IMG/VR virus record: IMGVR_UViG_3300025635_000048
Span: 1-41,278 of that record
Source: a virus
Taxonomy: Duplodnaviria > Caudoviricetes
Direction: 5' to 3' (one strand)
DNA: 41,278 nt
Part shown: piece after piece, positions 1 through 8,383 of the stretch
Layout of the letters: every line of letters begins with the position of its first letter
Position numbering within the stretch: the first letter of the stretch is position 1
Notes under the pieces: model-generated
What the model was told of the DNA's origin: nothing
What the model saw: only the letters and a program-made list of their open reading frames with translations
Database searches by the model: none
Position numbers and translations under genes: made by a program

Positions 1-127
1 TGACGCACACTCCATTCAAGGGGCTGACGTTGGCGGAACGAACGGGACGTGGTACGGGCTAATGCAGTACGAGGTTCCGAAGGGATACAATGACGGGACC
101 CCGATCTCGATCCGTGTCAAGGCCCTG
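1..127. repeat. Terminal direct repeat / circular assembly overlap (copy 1)
   Basis: Bases 2-127 are identical to 41153-41278; base 1 is T versus C at 41152. A 127-nt length is typical of an assembler k-mer overlap. Confidence 0.95.
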
Positions 128-466
128 ATGATCGCGTCTGGTGACGGTGCGCAGTATGTCGATTTCCAGATATATCGACACGCCGCCCCCACCGTCGATA
201 TATGCGCCACCGCACAACAGACCCTGACCGGGACCGAGGCGCAATACACGTTCGAGATCACGCCTACTGACGTTGTGTCTGGCGACGTGCTGAATATCCG
301 GCTCAAACTTCACGCGACAGACGCGGGCAATGCCGTGCCCAACATCACGCCGAAAGTCACGCAAATACAGATAGGCTTCATCGGGACCAGCACCCACGGG
401 TTCTTTGCCCGCGAAGCGTATTCGACCAGCTCCGAGTCGACGAAGAAGGTGTACGTCAACCTGTAA
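2..466 (+). CDS. 3' half of the capsid cement/decoration-like protein that starts at 40688 and wraps the circular junction (about 309 aa in total)
   Basis: Open and in frame with 40688..41278. The C-terminus FAREAYSTSSESTKKVYVNL matches VAREDWTTTSEAAKKVYIRL of 40239..40673. Confidence 0.8.
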   Translation, partial: DAHSIQGADVGGTNGTWYGLMQYEVPKGYNDGTPISIRVKALMIASGDGAQYVDFQIYRHAAPTVDICATAQQTLTGTEAQYTFEITPTDVVSGDVLNIRLKLHATDAGNAVPNITPKVTQIQIGFIGTSTHGFFAREAYSTSSESTKKVYVNL

Positions 467-472
467 TCAACG

Positions 473-505
473 GGGCGGACGGTCATCAAGCATGGCCGTC
501 CGCCC
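473..505 (+). promoter_or_regulatory. Strong intergenic RNA hairpin after the head-decoration genes, without a U-tract
   Basis: GGGCGGACGGTCAT-caagc-ATGGCCGTCCGCCC, a 14-bp stem with one G-U pair. Confidence 0.55.
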
Positions 506-526
506 ATGACCCGAAAGGAAAGAGCA

Positions 527-1057
527 ATGCCAGTAATTCCAAAGGAAGTTCCCAAGGCCGCGCCCAGCACCAACCCCGAAGAAGTCAACAAGATACTCGA
601 CGGGCGTACCCGTGCCGCACGCGAGGCCCGCGAACAAGAGCGCATCGCCGCCGAAACTGCCCGCGATCTGGCCAATGGCGAGAGCGTCGATCTTCCCGAT
701 CAAGCCGAACGGGAGGAGAACGCGCAAGAAGCCGCCGAGCGGCTCCGCCGTCAGGTCGATATCTTGGCCGCCGAGGTCGAGCATACCCAGCGCGTCGAAC
801 AGGAAAAGCGCGACAAGCCGTGGTCAAACTTCTACGCGGGCAGCCAACAGGCGCAACGCCATGAAAAGTGGCTTGACCGCCTCAAGGAAATCGTCACGGT
901 CAAGGACGAATTTGGCAACGAGGAGAAGATGACCTACGCCCAGCAACTCGAATCCAAGAACATGCTGATCTTGAATCGGCACCAACGCCGCGATCCGCAC
1001 CGCTACGGCGTGGAAAACGACACCGCCAAGTACGAGTCCTCGCTTCCAAGGCTGTAG
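527..1057 (+). CDS. Hypothetical charged coiled-coil protein
   Basis: ORF with AAAGGA RBS before ATG 527; E/R/K/Q-rich; sits in the structural operon. Confidence 0.7.
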   Translation: MPVIPKEVPKAAPSTNPEEVNKILDGRTRAAREAREQERIAAETARDLANGESVDLPDQAEREENAQEAAERLRRQVDILAAEVEHTQRVEQEKRDKPWSNFYAGSQQAQRHEKWLDRLKEIVTVKDEFGNEEKMTYAQQLESKNMLILNRHQRRDPHRYGVENDTAKYESSLPRL

Positions 1058-1060
1058 CCC

Positions 1061-1672
1061 ATGACCTTCCTCGAACTCCAGACCGAGTGTTACGACCGGC
1101 TCCGTATCCCGACGCCGGATTCGACCATTACCGCGCTCGTGAAGCGCATGGTGAACAACGCCGTGCGCAAGGCGTCCACGTACCGCAACTGGCCGTGGAT
1201 GGAAACGAGCACGTCGTTGTCGATATCTAACGCGACGAGGGCGTACACGCTCGGGTCAACGGTCGGATTCGTGCTCAATATCCACGACTCCAGCGGGGTT
1301 GTGCTGAACGAGGTGTCTCGGGACACATACTTTGATATGTATCGAGGGGACGCCACCACCGGCTCCCCAACGGTGTTTTGCGTGGACGGGATGGATACGT
1401 CCAACCTAATCACGGTGCAGGTATGGCCGGTCCCAACGGGGAGCGCGACATTAACGGTTCGGTGCCGTCGCCGCGTGGCCGACTTGTCTGCGGATGGCGA
1501 TATCCCGAACATCCCAACACAGTACCATTTCGCGCTGGTGTCTCTGGCCGCGGCAATGGTCAGGGAATGGGAACAGTCCGACGGATGGCAGGCCCTAATG
1601 CAGTTGGCTATGCAGGAACTTGACCAGATAGATCAACTCGAATTCGGCCAGCGAGTCCCCACACCCGCATAA
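1061..1672 (+). CDS. Head-tail adaptor / tail ring protein (copy 1)
   Basis: MTFLEL...NNAV..WPW N-terminus and P..P...L....D.P.IP..YH.ALV C-terminus, a pattern typical of podovirus adaptor/ring proteins; lies between the head genes and the nozzle. Confidence 0.65.
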   Translation: MTFLELQTECYDRLRIPTPDSTITALVKRMVNNAVRKASTYRNWPWMETSTSLSISNATRAYTLGSTVGFVLNIHDSSGVVLNEVSRDTYFDMYRGDATTGSPTVFCVDGMDTSNLITVQVWPVPTGSATLTVRCRRRVADLSADGDIPNIPTQYHFALVSLAAAMVREWEQSDGWQALMQLAMQELDQIDQLEFGQRVPTPA

Positions 1673-1687
1673 ACACGGAGGCGTCCA

Positions 1688-2566
1688 ATGACAGTGGCAG
1701 AAATGGCGGCGGCATTGCAGGATCGCCTTCCAAAAAACCAATCCCTTCGCGGGCTTGTCCAGGCCGTCAACGAGATCGTCGAGGATATCCGGCGTAAGCA
1801 GAAGTCATGGTCTTTTTGGTTCAAGCAGGAAAGCATCACGCTTCTGGACGAATACACCACGGGGACCGTCACCGTCACGAACGCATCAACGACTGTTACT
1901 GGCAGCGGGACGACCTTCACGTCCGACTTCGTTGGGCGTCTTATCCGCGTTGCCGATGGCGAATACTACACCATCGCAACCTATGTGTCCGCCACCGAGA
2001 TCACGCTCGACGTTGCGTATGCGGGCGCGACGGCCTCGGGGCAAACATACAGTGTCACCGGGGATTGCCGGAACCTTCCGTCTGACTGCATGAGCGTGAC
2101 TGGGGTATGGGACGCCACAAACCAGCGATGGTTGCGCGGCATGAACGCCACGGACATGCAGACCGCCCGTATCATTCAGTCTCCCGGCGGCCAGTTCCCC
2201 ACGATGTACACGCTTTATTCCTACGGCCCCATCACCGGGCTTCCGCGCATCGTGTTCTATCCTCCGCCCACCGAGGCCGCCCTTCTTTATCTATGGTATT
2301 ACCGGAGACCCACTGCGGTCACGGGGCCGGGCAGCACCCCTGACCTTCCGAGTCACCTTCACAACCTCGTACTGCTCGGTGTGCTCTGGAAGTACACGCG
2401 CAGCCAAGAAGACTTCGCGATCTACCGGGCGGCCTTGAACGAAGCCATCGGTGAGGACAGGACGATTATCCGGGATCAGGTCGATAACGTGAGCGGGGCG
2501 GATATAGGGGGATTCGAGGACGCGCTCAGGGAATGGACTCGTGGCCAAGTAGCGACTGGATACTAG
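1688..2566 (+). CDS. Head-tail adaptor / tail ring protein (copy 2) with an inserted beta-rich domain
   Basis: Same framework as 1061..1672 (WSFW; YPPP...YYRRP...PDLPSHLHNLVL) plus a ~68-aa Thr/Gly-rich insert; GGAGG RBS. Confidence 0.65.
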   Translation: MTVAEMAAALQDRLPKNQSLRGLVQAVNEIVEDIRRKQKSWSFWFKQESITLLDEYTTGTVTVTNASTTVTGSGTTFTSDFVGRLIRVADGEYYTIATYVSATEITLDVAYAGATASGQTYSVTGDCRNLPSDCMSVTGVWDATNQRWLRGMNATDMQTARIIQSPGGQFPTMYTLYSYGPITGLPRIVFYPPPTEAALLYLWYYRRPTAVTGPGSTPDLPSHLHNLVLLGVLWKYTRSQEDFAIYRAALNEAIGEDRTIIRDQVDNVSGADIGGFEDALREWTRGQVATGY

Positions 2567-2570
2567 GTCG

Positions 2571-5500
2571 ATGCTTATCCCACACGGGCCGATACGCGGG
2601 TTTAGCGGAGAGGATAGGCTCCTCCGGGACGACCTGTTGCCGGACAATGTCTCGCCAGACGCGGAGAATACCGACTACCAGCGCGGGACATTGAAGCGGC
2701 GTTCGGGCTATCAACGGCTTCATACGAACGCGATCCTCGACGGCGGCATCCGGATCAACACCACAACCACGAACAAAGACGCGATCATCATCCCGGACTA
2801 CACGGGCGTCGATCTTTCCGGCGACTTCCTGCTTGAAGTCCAGATCATGCTTAACGCCGCGCCAACGAACGATATCGTATTGATGACGAAGAAGCCGGTT
2901 GGTTCGTCTGGCTGGCACTTAAAATACATGTACACCACCATGACGTTCCGATTCGAGATGTACGACTCCGGGGCAACGCTACGCACGGCAGATTACGCAT
3001 TCACTGTGCCGCCCATCGGAACGCCGACCCGGATATCCGTGCGCCGGTCAGGGACAACACTCACCCTTTATTGCAACGGTTCGGCAGGAACGCCCGTGAC
3101 GTGTTCAGGGGTGACGGCGAATAACTACAGTGTGTTTATAGGGGTGACCGTGGCCGGTGGTACCGGATCACAGATCGCCGACTACACCGTGGACGAACTG
3201 AAGATATGGAGCACGGCGGCCACACAAGACGCCTATCCAGAGAATGAACTCGCCGCAACAGGATACACCCTGCCTGACGTTGGATACTGGAAATTCAACG
3301 AGGGCCGCTGGAACCATGTAGACGACTCCAGCGGGAACGCAAAGCACGGAAACTTCTGGGCCAACAATATGTCCTACGTCGCCTCGCTTCTGCCTAACGC
3401 CACGGAAGACGACATGGCGTTGCGACTTGGCGCGGACGGGGATATCCCCGGCGCGGATGCACAGGCAACGACAAGTGACGCGGACGCGCTCGACATAATC
3501 ACCACCACCGGAAACAAGTGGACAGTCGAATTCTGGATGCGGGTAGATACCTACACCAATGTTTCATCGGACATCATATCGGTAGGGCAGTCGGGAAACG
3601 ACAGGCTCTTGTATCTTTACCTCTCCGGGCTAAACCTGTACCGTGCATATGGCACCACTACGACCCACACGGTAGCGAGCACCGCAGCGGATACGACCTA
3701 TGACGCGGTGGTTGGCACGGCGTTCCACGTTGCGATTGTCAGGGACGCAGACACGGTTTACACGTACATCAATGGATCGGTGGTCTTAACGACAACCGGG
3801 GCCACCACAGAGAATGGGCCGACACCGACCACAAACAGTATCTTGCTCGGCGATGCAACCAACACGTCCGGCCTAACCATCGACGAACTCCGCGTCTGGA
3901 AGTCGGCACGATCCCCCCAGCAGATTCTCCAGTGGATGAACGAAGTCTACACGGACGTCAAGGACACTAACCTTCTCGCGTACTACCGATTCAGCGCGGG
4001 CGACCCGGAACGCGACGAGACAGGCAACACGACGATCACGGTCTACACAGACGGCACGGCGTACCTGCAACGCTCTCAGGGGCTTGTGTACCCGTCTGAC
4101 GCCCCGCGCATGACTGGACTGGTTACGTACTCCCAGCCTGTTCGCGGCGACCTGATTCGGGCGGGGCAGACCATCTTCAAGAGCAGCATCATCGCCATGA
4201 CGCGGAGCATGTACTGGCGCGTGGCGGGCAACCAAGCCCAAGCACTGTCGCACATCTCCCCGTCATCCGATGAGAGCCTGTTCGGATACGCCGCGTTCAA
4301 GGGGTTCCATGTTTTCGGGAACGGTATCGCCGGGTGCATGAAATATGACGGGAATGGTGTGCCATCCAATCTCACGATTGACACGCCAAGCACGGCCCCC
4401 GTGGATGCGCCGGTAAGCACCACTGGCGGGACATTTCCGGCGACAGGCGACTATTACTACCGGGTATCGTTTCGGAACTCGCTCGACGGCACAGAGTCCC
4501 TCGCGTCTGATGCCAGTGGCGGCGCGACGTTGGCGCAGACCGACGACAATATCGCATTGTCATCCATCCCCGTATCGACCGATACACAAGTCAACCAGCG
4601 GCGGATTTACCGAAAAGACCCATCCGGAACCGTCTACTACTACCTAGACGATATCGACGACAACACCACCACGACATATACAGACACGGGCACGGCCACT
4701 ACCACGACGCAGCCGATAGACGATTACCGGGGACACCTTCCCGCGTGCCGTCACTTCGGGGTGTTCGGCAACCGGCTCATCGCGTGCAACTCCGGGGACG
4801 AACCTTCGGGCATCTACTTCTCCGAGGCCGACACCATCAACTTCCCTGCGGACAACCTGCTCATTGCGGGCGACGGGGACGGCGACGAAATTACCGGATG
4901 CGCGGCGTTTGCCGGGTACTTCGTGATCTTCAAGGAACGCAGCATATACGTGTTGACGGGGACGGGCGACACCACGTTTGCGCTGCAACGGCTTTCCTTG
5001 CCGGGATGCGTGTCCGGGGCCACGGTGGCCGAGAGCAAGGACGGGCTTTACTACTTGTCCAACGACGGTGTTTACCTGTTCGCCAATGGTCAGTCCCAGT
5101 ACCTATCCGCCAACCAGCAAGACCTTTTCGGGGCAATTGACACCACAAACAGCCGGTACGCGGCGGGCGGGTACAACCCCAAGACACACCAGTACATCGT
5201 GTCGCTCGACGTGCTGGGCGATGAGAATGCCCGCATCTCGATGGTCTACGACGAGGACACAAAGTCATGGGCAAAATGGACCGTGGCCTTCGATTGCTAC
5301 GCCTTGGCGCAACTGGACGATAACGAGTATGCCCTTCTTGGGGCAAAGGGCGGGTTTGTGTACCGGCTATTCTCGGGCAACACGGACGGCATGCCGGTGT
5401 ACCAAGCGTCCGAAACCACCTATTCCGGGACGGTCACAGGCAACGCCACGGCATTTATCGTGGACGGTTCCGCCACATTCCCAACGACAGATCACGGACT

Positions 5501-5933
5501 GGCCGGGTGCAAGGTCTTGGTGGCCTCATCTGCGGGCGACCAAGAGCGCACCATCATCGGCAACACGGCGACAACGCTTTACCTTGACTCCGCGCTTTCC
5601 CCATCGATCACGGGGACATACTACGTCGGCGCGATTGACTGGTACTGGGAATCCCGCTGGATCGATTTCGGGGACATGTTCGATATCAAGGCCATGTTTT
5701 ACACCTCCCTGTGGCTCACGGAAGGATCGGCCACTGATATCACGATCAAGTGGAAGACGGACGCCTATGAGACGTGGGTCAGCACGACCTTCTCGAACGC
5801 GGACGAATTGGCGCAAGTGGTCACGTCGGGCCGGGGGCGAAAGGTGAAGTTTCGGTTCCAGTACCAGCCACCCAACAAGGCGATTGAGATTCAATCCTTC
5901 CAGCCCGTCATCGCTCGCGGGAAGTCGCGGTAA
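2571..5933 (+). CDS. Tail nozzle / DNA-stabilisation protein (P22 gp10-like propeller) with two LamG/ConA-like domains
   Basis: N-terminal GF.G...L..N.SP..EN......L..R.G motif; propeller signatures (GNRL, IYFS, GDEITG, VIFKERSIY, GLYYLS.DGVY); LamG motifs (VDELKIWS, GYWKFNEG, WTVEFW, IDELRVW, AYYRF). Confidence 0.75.
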   Translation: MLIPHGPIRGFSGEDRLLRDDLLPDNVSPDAENTDYQRGTLKRRSGYQRLHTNAILDGGIRINTTTTNKDAIIIPDYTGVDLSGDFLLEVQIMLNAAPTNDIVLMTKKPVGSSGWHLKYMYTTMTFRFEMYDSGATLRTADYAFTVPPIGTPTRISVRRSGTTLTLYCNGSAGTPVTCSGVTANNYSVFIGVTVAGGTGSQIADYTVDELKIWSTAATQDAYPENELAATGYTLPDVGYWKFNEGRWNHVDDSSGNAKHGNFWANNMSYVASLLPNATEDDMALRLGADGDIPGADAQATTSDADALDIITTTGNKWTVEFWMRVDTYTNVSSDIISVGQSGNDRLLYLYLSGLNLYRAYGTTTTHTVASTAADTTYDAVVGTAFHVAIVRDADTVYTYINGSVVLTTTGATTENGPTPTTNSILLGDATNTSGLTIDELRVWKSARSPQQILQWMNEVYTDVKDTNLLAYYRFSAGDPERDETGNTTITVYTDGTAYLQRSQGLVYPSDAPRMTGLVTYSQPVRGDLIRAGQTIFKSSIIAMTRSMYWRVAGNQAQALSHISPSSDESLFGYAAFKGFHVFGNGIAGCMKYDGNGVPSNLTIDTPSTAPVDAPVSTTGGTFPATGDYYYRVSFRNSLDGTESLASDASGGATLAQTDDNIALSSIPVSTDTQVNQRRIYRKDPSGTVYYYLDDIDDNTTTTYTDTGTATTTTQPIDDYRGHLPACRHFGVFGNRLIACNSGDEPSGIYFSEADTINFPADNLLIAGDGDGDEITGCAAFAGYFVIFKERSIYVLTGTGDTTFALQRLSLPGCVSGATVAESKDGLYYLSNDGVYLFANGQSQYLSANQQDLFGAIDTTNSRYAAGGYNPKTHQYIVSLDVLGDENARISMVYDEDTKSWAKWTVAFDCYALAQLDDNEYALLGAKGGFVYRLFSGNTDGMPVYQASETTYSGTVTGNATAFIVDGSATFPTTDHGLAGCKVLVASSAGDQERTIIGNTATTLYLDSALSPSITGTYYVGAIDWYWESRWIDFGDMFDIKAMFYTSLWLTEGSATDITIKWKTDAYETWVSTTFSNADELAQVVTSGRGRKVKFRFQYQPPNKAIEIQSFQPVIARGKSR

Positions 5934-5936
5934 TCC

Positions 5937-7742
5937 GTGGCGACGGGCATCCATAGCGTAAGCGCGGAGACGGGATTCGAGATTACTCCTGTCACGTCCG
6001 GCGTCGAGATGAAATGGAACGGGACAACGGGCGAGTTCTACGCGATAAGCAGGCCCGCCGGTACATACTCGCCAATCACGGCTCGTGGTGCGTGGTCATT
6101 CGCCAGCACCTTGACTGTTGCCAGCACAGTGACGCTCACGTCAATGAATGTCGCCGGGTTCGTGAAGAACGACGCAAACGGCGTGTTGAGTGGCGGGAAC
6201 ACGGCGGGCAGCGGTGGCGGACTGATAGACATATCGACCGATACTAATCTTGCCGTGACGGCTCCGGTCCTTTTGACCGGCGATACCATCGGATTCGATT
6301 ACAACACGACGAACCTGAAACTAACGTCGAGTAAACTTAACACCATCCAAGACATTGCCACGTCGAGCTCCCCCACCTTCGTGGACCTTACTCTTACGGA
6401 CGACCTTGATGTTGCCGGAGACTTGTTGCAGACCGGAACCGGGACAACGACGTTTCGGAATGACGCGGGGTCCAAGGTTGTAAACATCCAGGGCGACACG
6501 AACACATCAACACTAAACATCATCGGGTATCGTGCGGCCTCGACCCCTATTGCTGGGCAACTTAACTTCGAGGGGGCGCGAGGTACGCTGTCCAGCCCAC
6601 TCATCGTTCCTGCCAGTTCGATTATCGGTAGAGTAAGAGGCTTGGGCTGGGACGGCTCCAGCGCGTTTCTCAACTCGTGCTCCATAGACCTCTATACCGG
6701 AGTCGGAACCCCCTCGACCACATCCATGCCCGGTCGAATCAGTTTCCTGACGTGCCCGGACGGCAGCACGACCCTAACCGAGGCGATGCGGATAGACGCC
6801 AGCCAAGACGTCACCATATTCAATCAGATACTTGGATCGGTCGATGTCGATTCGTTTCTCGACCTCAATGGCACGTCCGGGACGGTCAAGCTGGCTTCGG
6901 CGCATGACATGGTCATAGATATCGACTATGACAACAATTCGACTGGCCGGTCATTCAAGATTCGCCACAACAACGCCACGGACCTGTTTGAGGTTCAGGA
7001 CGACGGGGACGTTATCATCCCGCTCGGCGACCTGTATGTTGCAGATGCAGTTTCAAGCAACACACTTTCGTCAAACCTACTAGACCTGACGTACACCTCC
7101 AATGGAGTTTTACTGTCCTCGGAGAACTTGGTATACGTCCTGATAGGCAACGGCACAGGGACCGGCGAGTTTCGCGTAAACAACAACGCCGGGGACATTG
7201 TGATTCAGGGCCTACAGAACGGCGATGTCAAGGTTCCGTCCGGGGACCTTTACTTGAGCAACCAGTTATGTTCGACCCTGAACAGCAACATCATAGACTT
7301 GGCTACTGGGGGGTCTTCCACGACTGTTCTGGTACGAGCCTATCACGACATCTATCTGGACATAGATTACGACAACGCTGGTGGCGGCGACTTTTTTGTG
7401 TCTAAAAACGGGCTCGGAACAAACCTGTTCAAGGTAGCAAACGCGGGAAACGTTTCAGCCCTTGCGGGAGACCTTACGGTGGAAACCGCCGGGAAGGGGC
7501 TCAAGGTCAAGGAGGGAAGCAACGCTCGCATGGGGACGGCGACGTTGGTTGGCGGCACCGTGACGGTATCAAACACATCGATAACTGCGAGTACCCGGAT
7601 ATTCTACAACCGGATTACGACCGGCGGAACGGTTGGGCACCTGCGTATAGCGTCGAGAAGCGTTGGAACCAACTTCGTGATTACGAGCAGCAGCGGAACC
7701 GAAACGAGTTCGGTGGACTGGTTCTTGGTTGAACCCGCGTAG
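5937..7742 (+). CDS. Tail fibre / receptor-binding protein
   Basis: Thr/Gly/Ser-rich beta protein with EAMRID fibre motif, three internal ~70-aa repeats ending GDLY/GDLT, and C-terminal GLKVKEGSNARMGTATLVGGTVTV domain. Confidence 0.75.
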   Translation: MATGIHSVSAETGFEITPVTSGVEMKWNGTTGEFYAISRPAGTYSPITARGAWSFASTLTVASTVTLTSMNVAGFVKNDANGVLSGGNTAGSGGGLIDISTDTNLAVTAPVLLTGDTIGFDYNTTNLKLTSSKLNTIQDIATSSSPTFVDLTLTDDLDVAGDLLQTGTGTTTFRNDAGSKVVNIQGDTNTSTLNIIGYRAASTPIAGQLNFEGARGTLSSPLIVPASSIIGRVRGLGWDGSSAFLNSCSIDLYTGVGTPSTTSMPGRISFLTCPDGSTTLTEAMRIDASQDVTIFNQILGSVDVDSFLDLNGTSGTVKLASAHDMVIDIDYDNNSTGRSFKIRHNNATDLFEVQDDGDVIIPLGDLYVADAVSSNTLSSNLLDLTYTSNGVLLSSENLVYVLIGNGTGTGEFRVNNNAGDIVIQGLQNGDVKVPSGDLYLSNQLCSTLNSNIIDLATGGSSTTVLVRAYHDIYLDIDYDNAGGGDFFVSKNGLGTNLFKVANAGNVSALAGDLTVETAGKGLKVKEGSNARMGTATLVGGTVTVSNTSITASTRIFYNRITTGGTVGHLRIASRSVGTNFVITSSSGTETSSVDWFLVEPA

Positions 7743-7750
7743 GAGCGCAT

Positions 7751-8023
7751 ATGTCATACAAGGATAATCTTGAGCAGATACGCAAGTCGGTCGAGGACAT
7801 TGTCCGGGATAAAGGACTTTCTCCCGACGATATTTGTTGTATTCTCTACAAGGCAGGCATGGACATAAAGTCCCTGTCCAAAATGATAGCGGAGAAAACG
7901 CGGTATGAACCAGGCACCATTGAAAGCAGAATCGAGGCAAGAATCGCAAGCATCGCCCGAAGCGATCTTGACGAACCTGTTGAACGCGGCGAGACAGGCC
8001 CCGTTGCCCGCCCACATCCATGA
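7751..8023 (+). CDS. Hypothetical protein
   Basis: AGGAG RBS directly after the tail fibre stop; overlaps the next ORF by 119 nt. Confidence 0.55.
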   Translation: MSYKDNLEQIRKSVEDIVRDKGLSPDDICCILYKAGMDIKSLSKMIAEKTRYEPGTIESRIEARIASIARSDLDEPVERGETGPVARPHP

Positions 8024-8159
8024 TAACCTAATGAATCAAGCGAAATGGCTCTTGAACTGGTGCAACACGAAGGAATCCGCCGAAAATGGCACAGCACGCC
8101 CAGTACAACCCGGCGAGCCCGGACACGACGATCCGGACCCTGACAGAGGGGCAGCCTGA
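7905..8159 (+). CDS. Hypothetical small helical protein (possible fibre-associated chaperone)
   Basis: GGAG upstream; amphipathic segment AILTNLLNAARQAPL; overlaps both neighbours. Confidence 0.45.
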   Translation: MNQAPLKAESRQESQASPEAILTNLLNAARQAPLPAHIHDNLMNQAKWLLNWCNTKESAENGTARPVQPGEPGHDDPDPDRGAA

Positions 8160-8364
8160 CCACATATCGATCACGACCCCGGCAACCCCTGGGGACGAGC
8201 TGGCTATCCCCCACGGGCTCGCTAGAATCCCCAAGGGTTGTGCTATAGTAGATCAGCCCTACCAGCATCTTGTATGGGGGCGAGGGCAGACGGCATGGAC
8301 ACGAAGACACTTGTACCTACGCTTTAGTTTGGCCTCGACAGACCTTTCCATAAGCGTTTTTTGA
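8086..8364 (+). CDS. Small tail-associated beta protein
   Basis: AAGGA RBS; IPHGLARIP motif resembling small tail beta-sandwich proteins. Confidence 0.6.
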   Translation: MAQHAQYNPASPDTTIRTLTEGQPDHISITTPATPGDELAIPHGLARIPKGCAIVDQPYQHLVWGRGQTAWTRRHLYLRFSLASTDLSISVF

Positions 8365-8383
8365 ACACACGGAGACCGCTGGC

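Noticed and set aside
1-127. Biological terminal repeat
   Set aside because: Its length matches a common assembly k-mer and it falls mid-gene. The single mismatch is a synonymous ACC/ACT variant.
5937-7742. Diversity-generating retroelement target
   Set aside because: No reverse transcriptase gene and no adenine-mismatched template/variable repeat pair seen.
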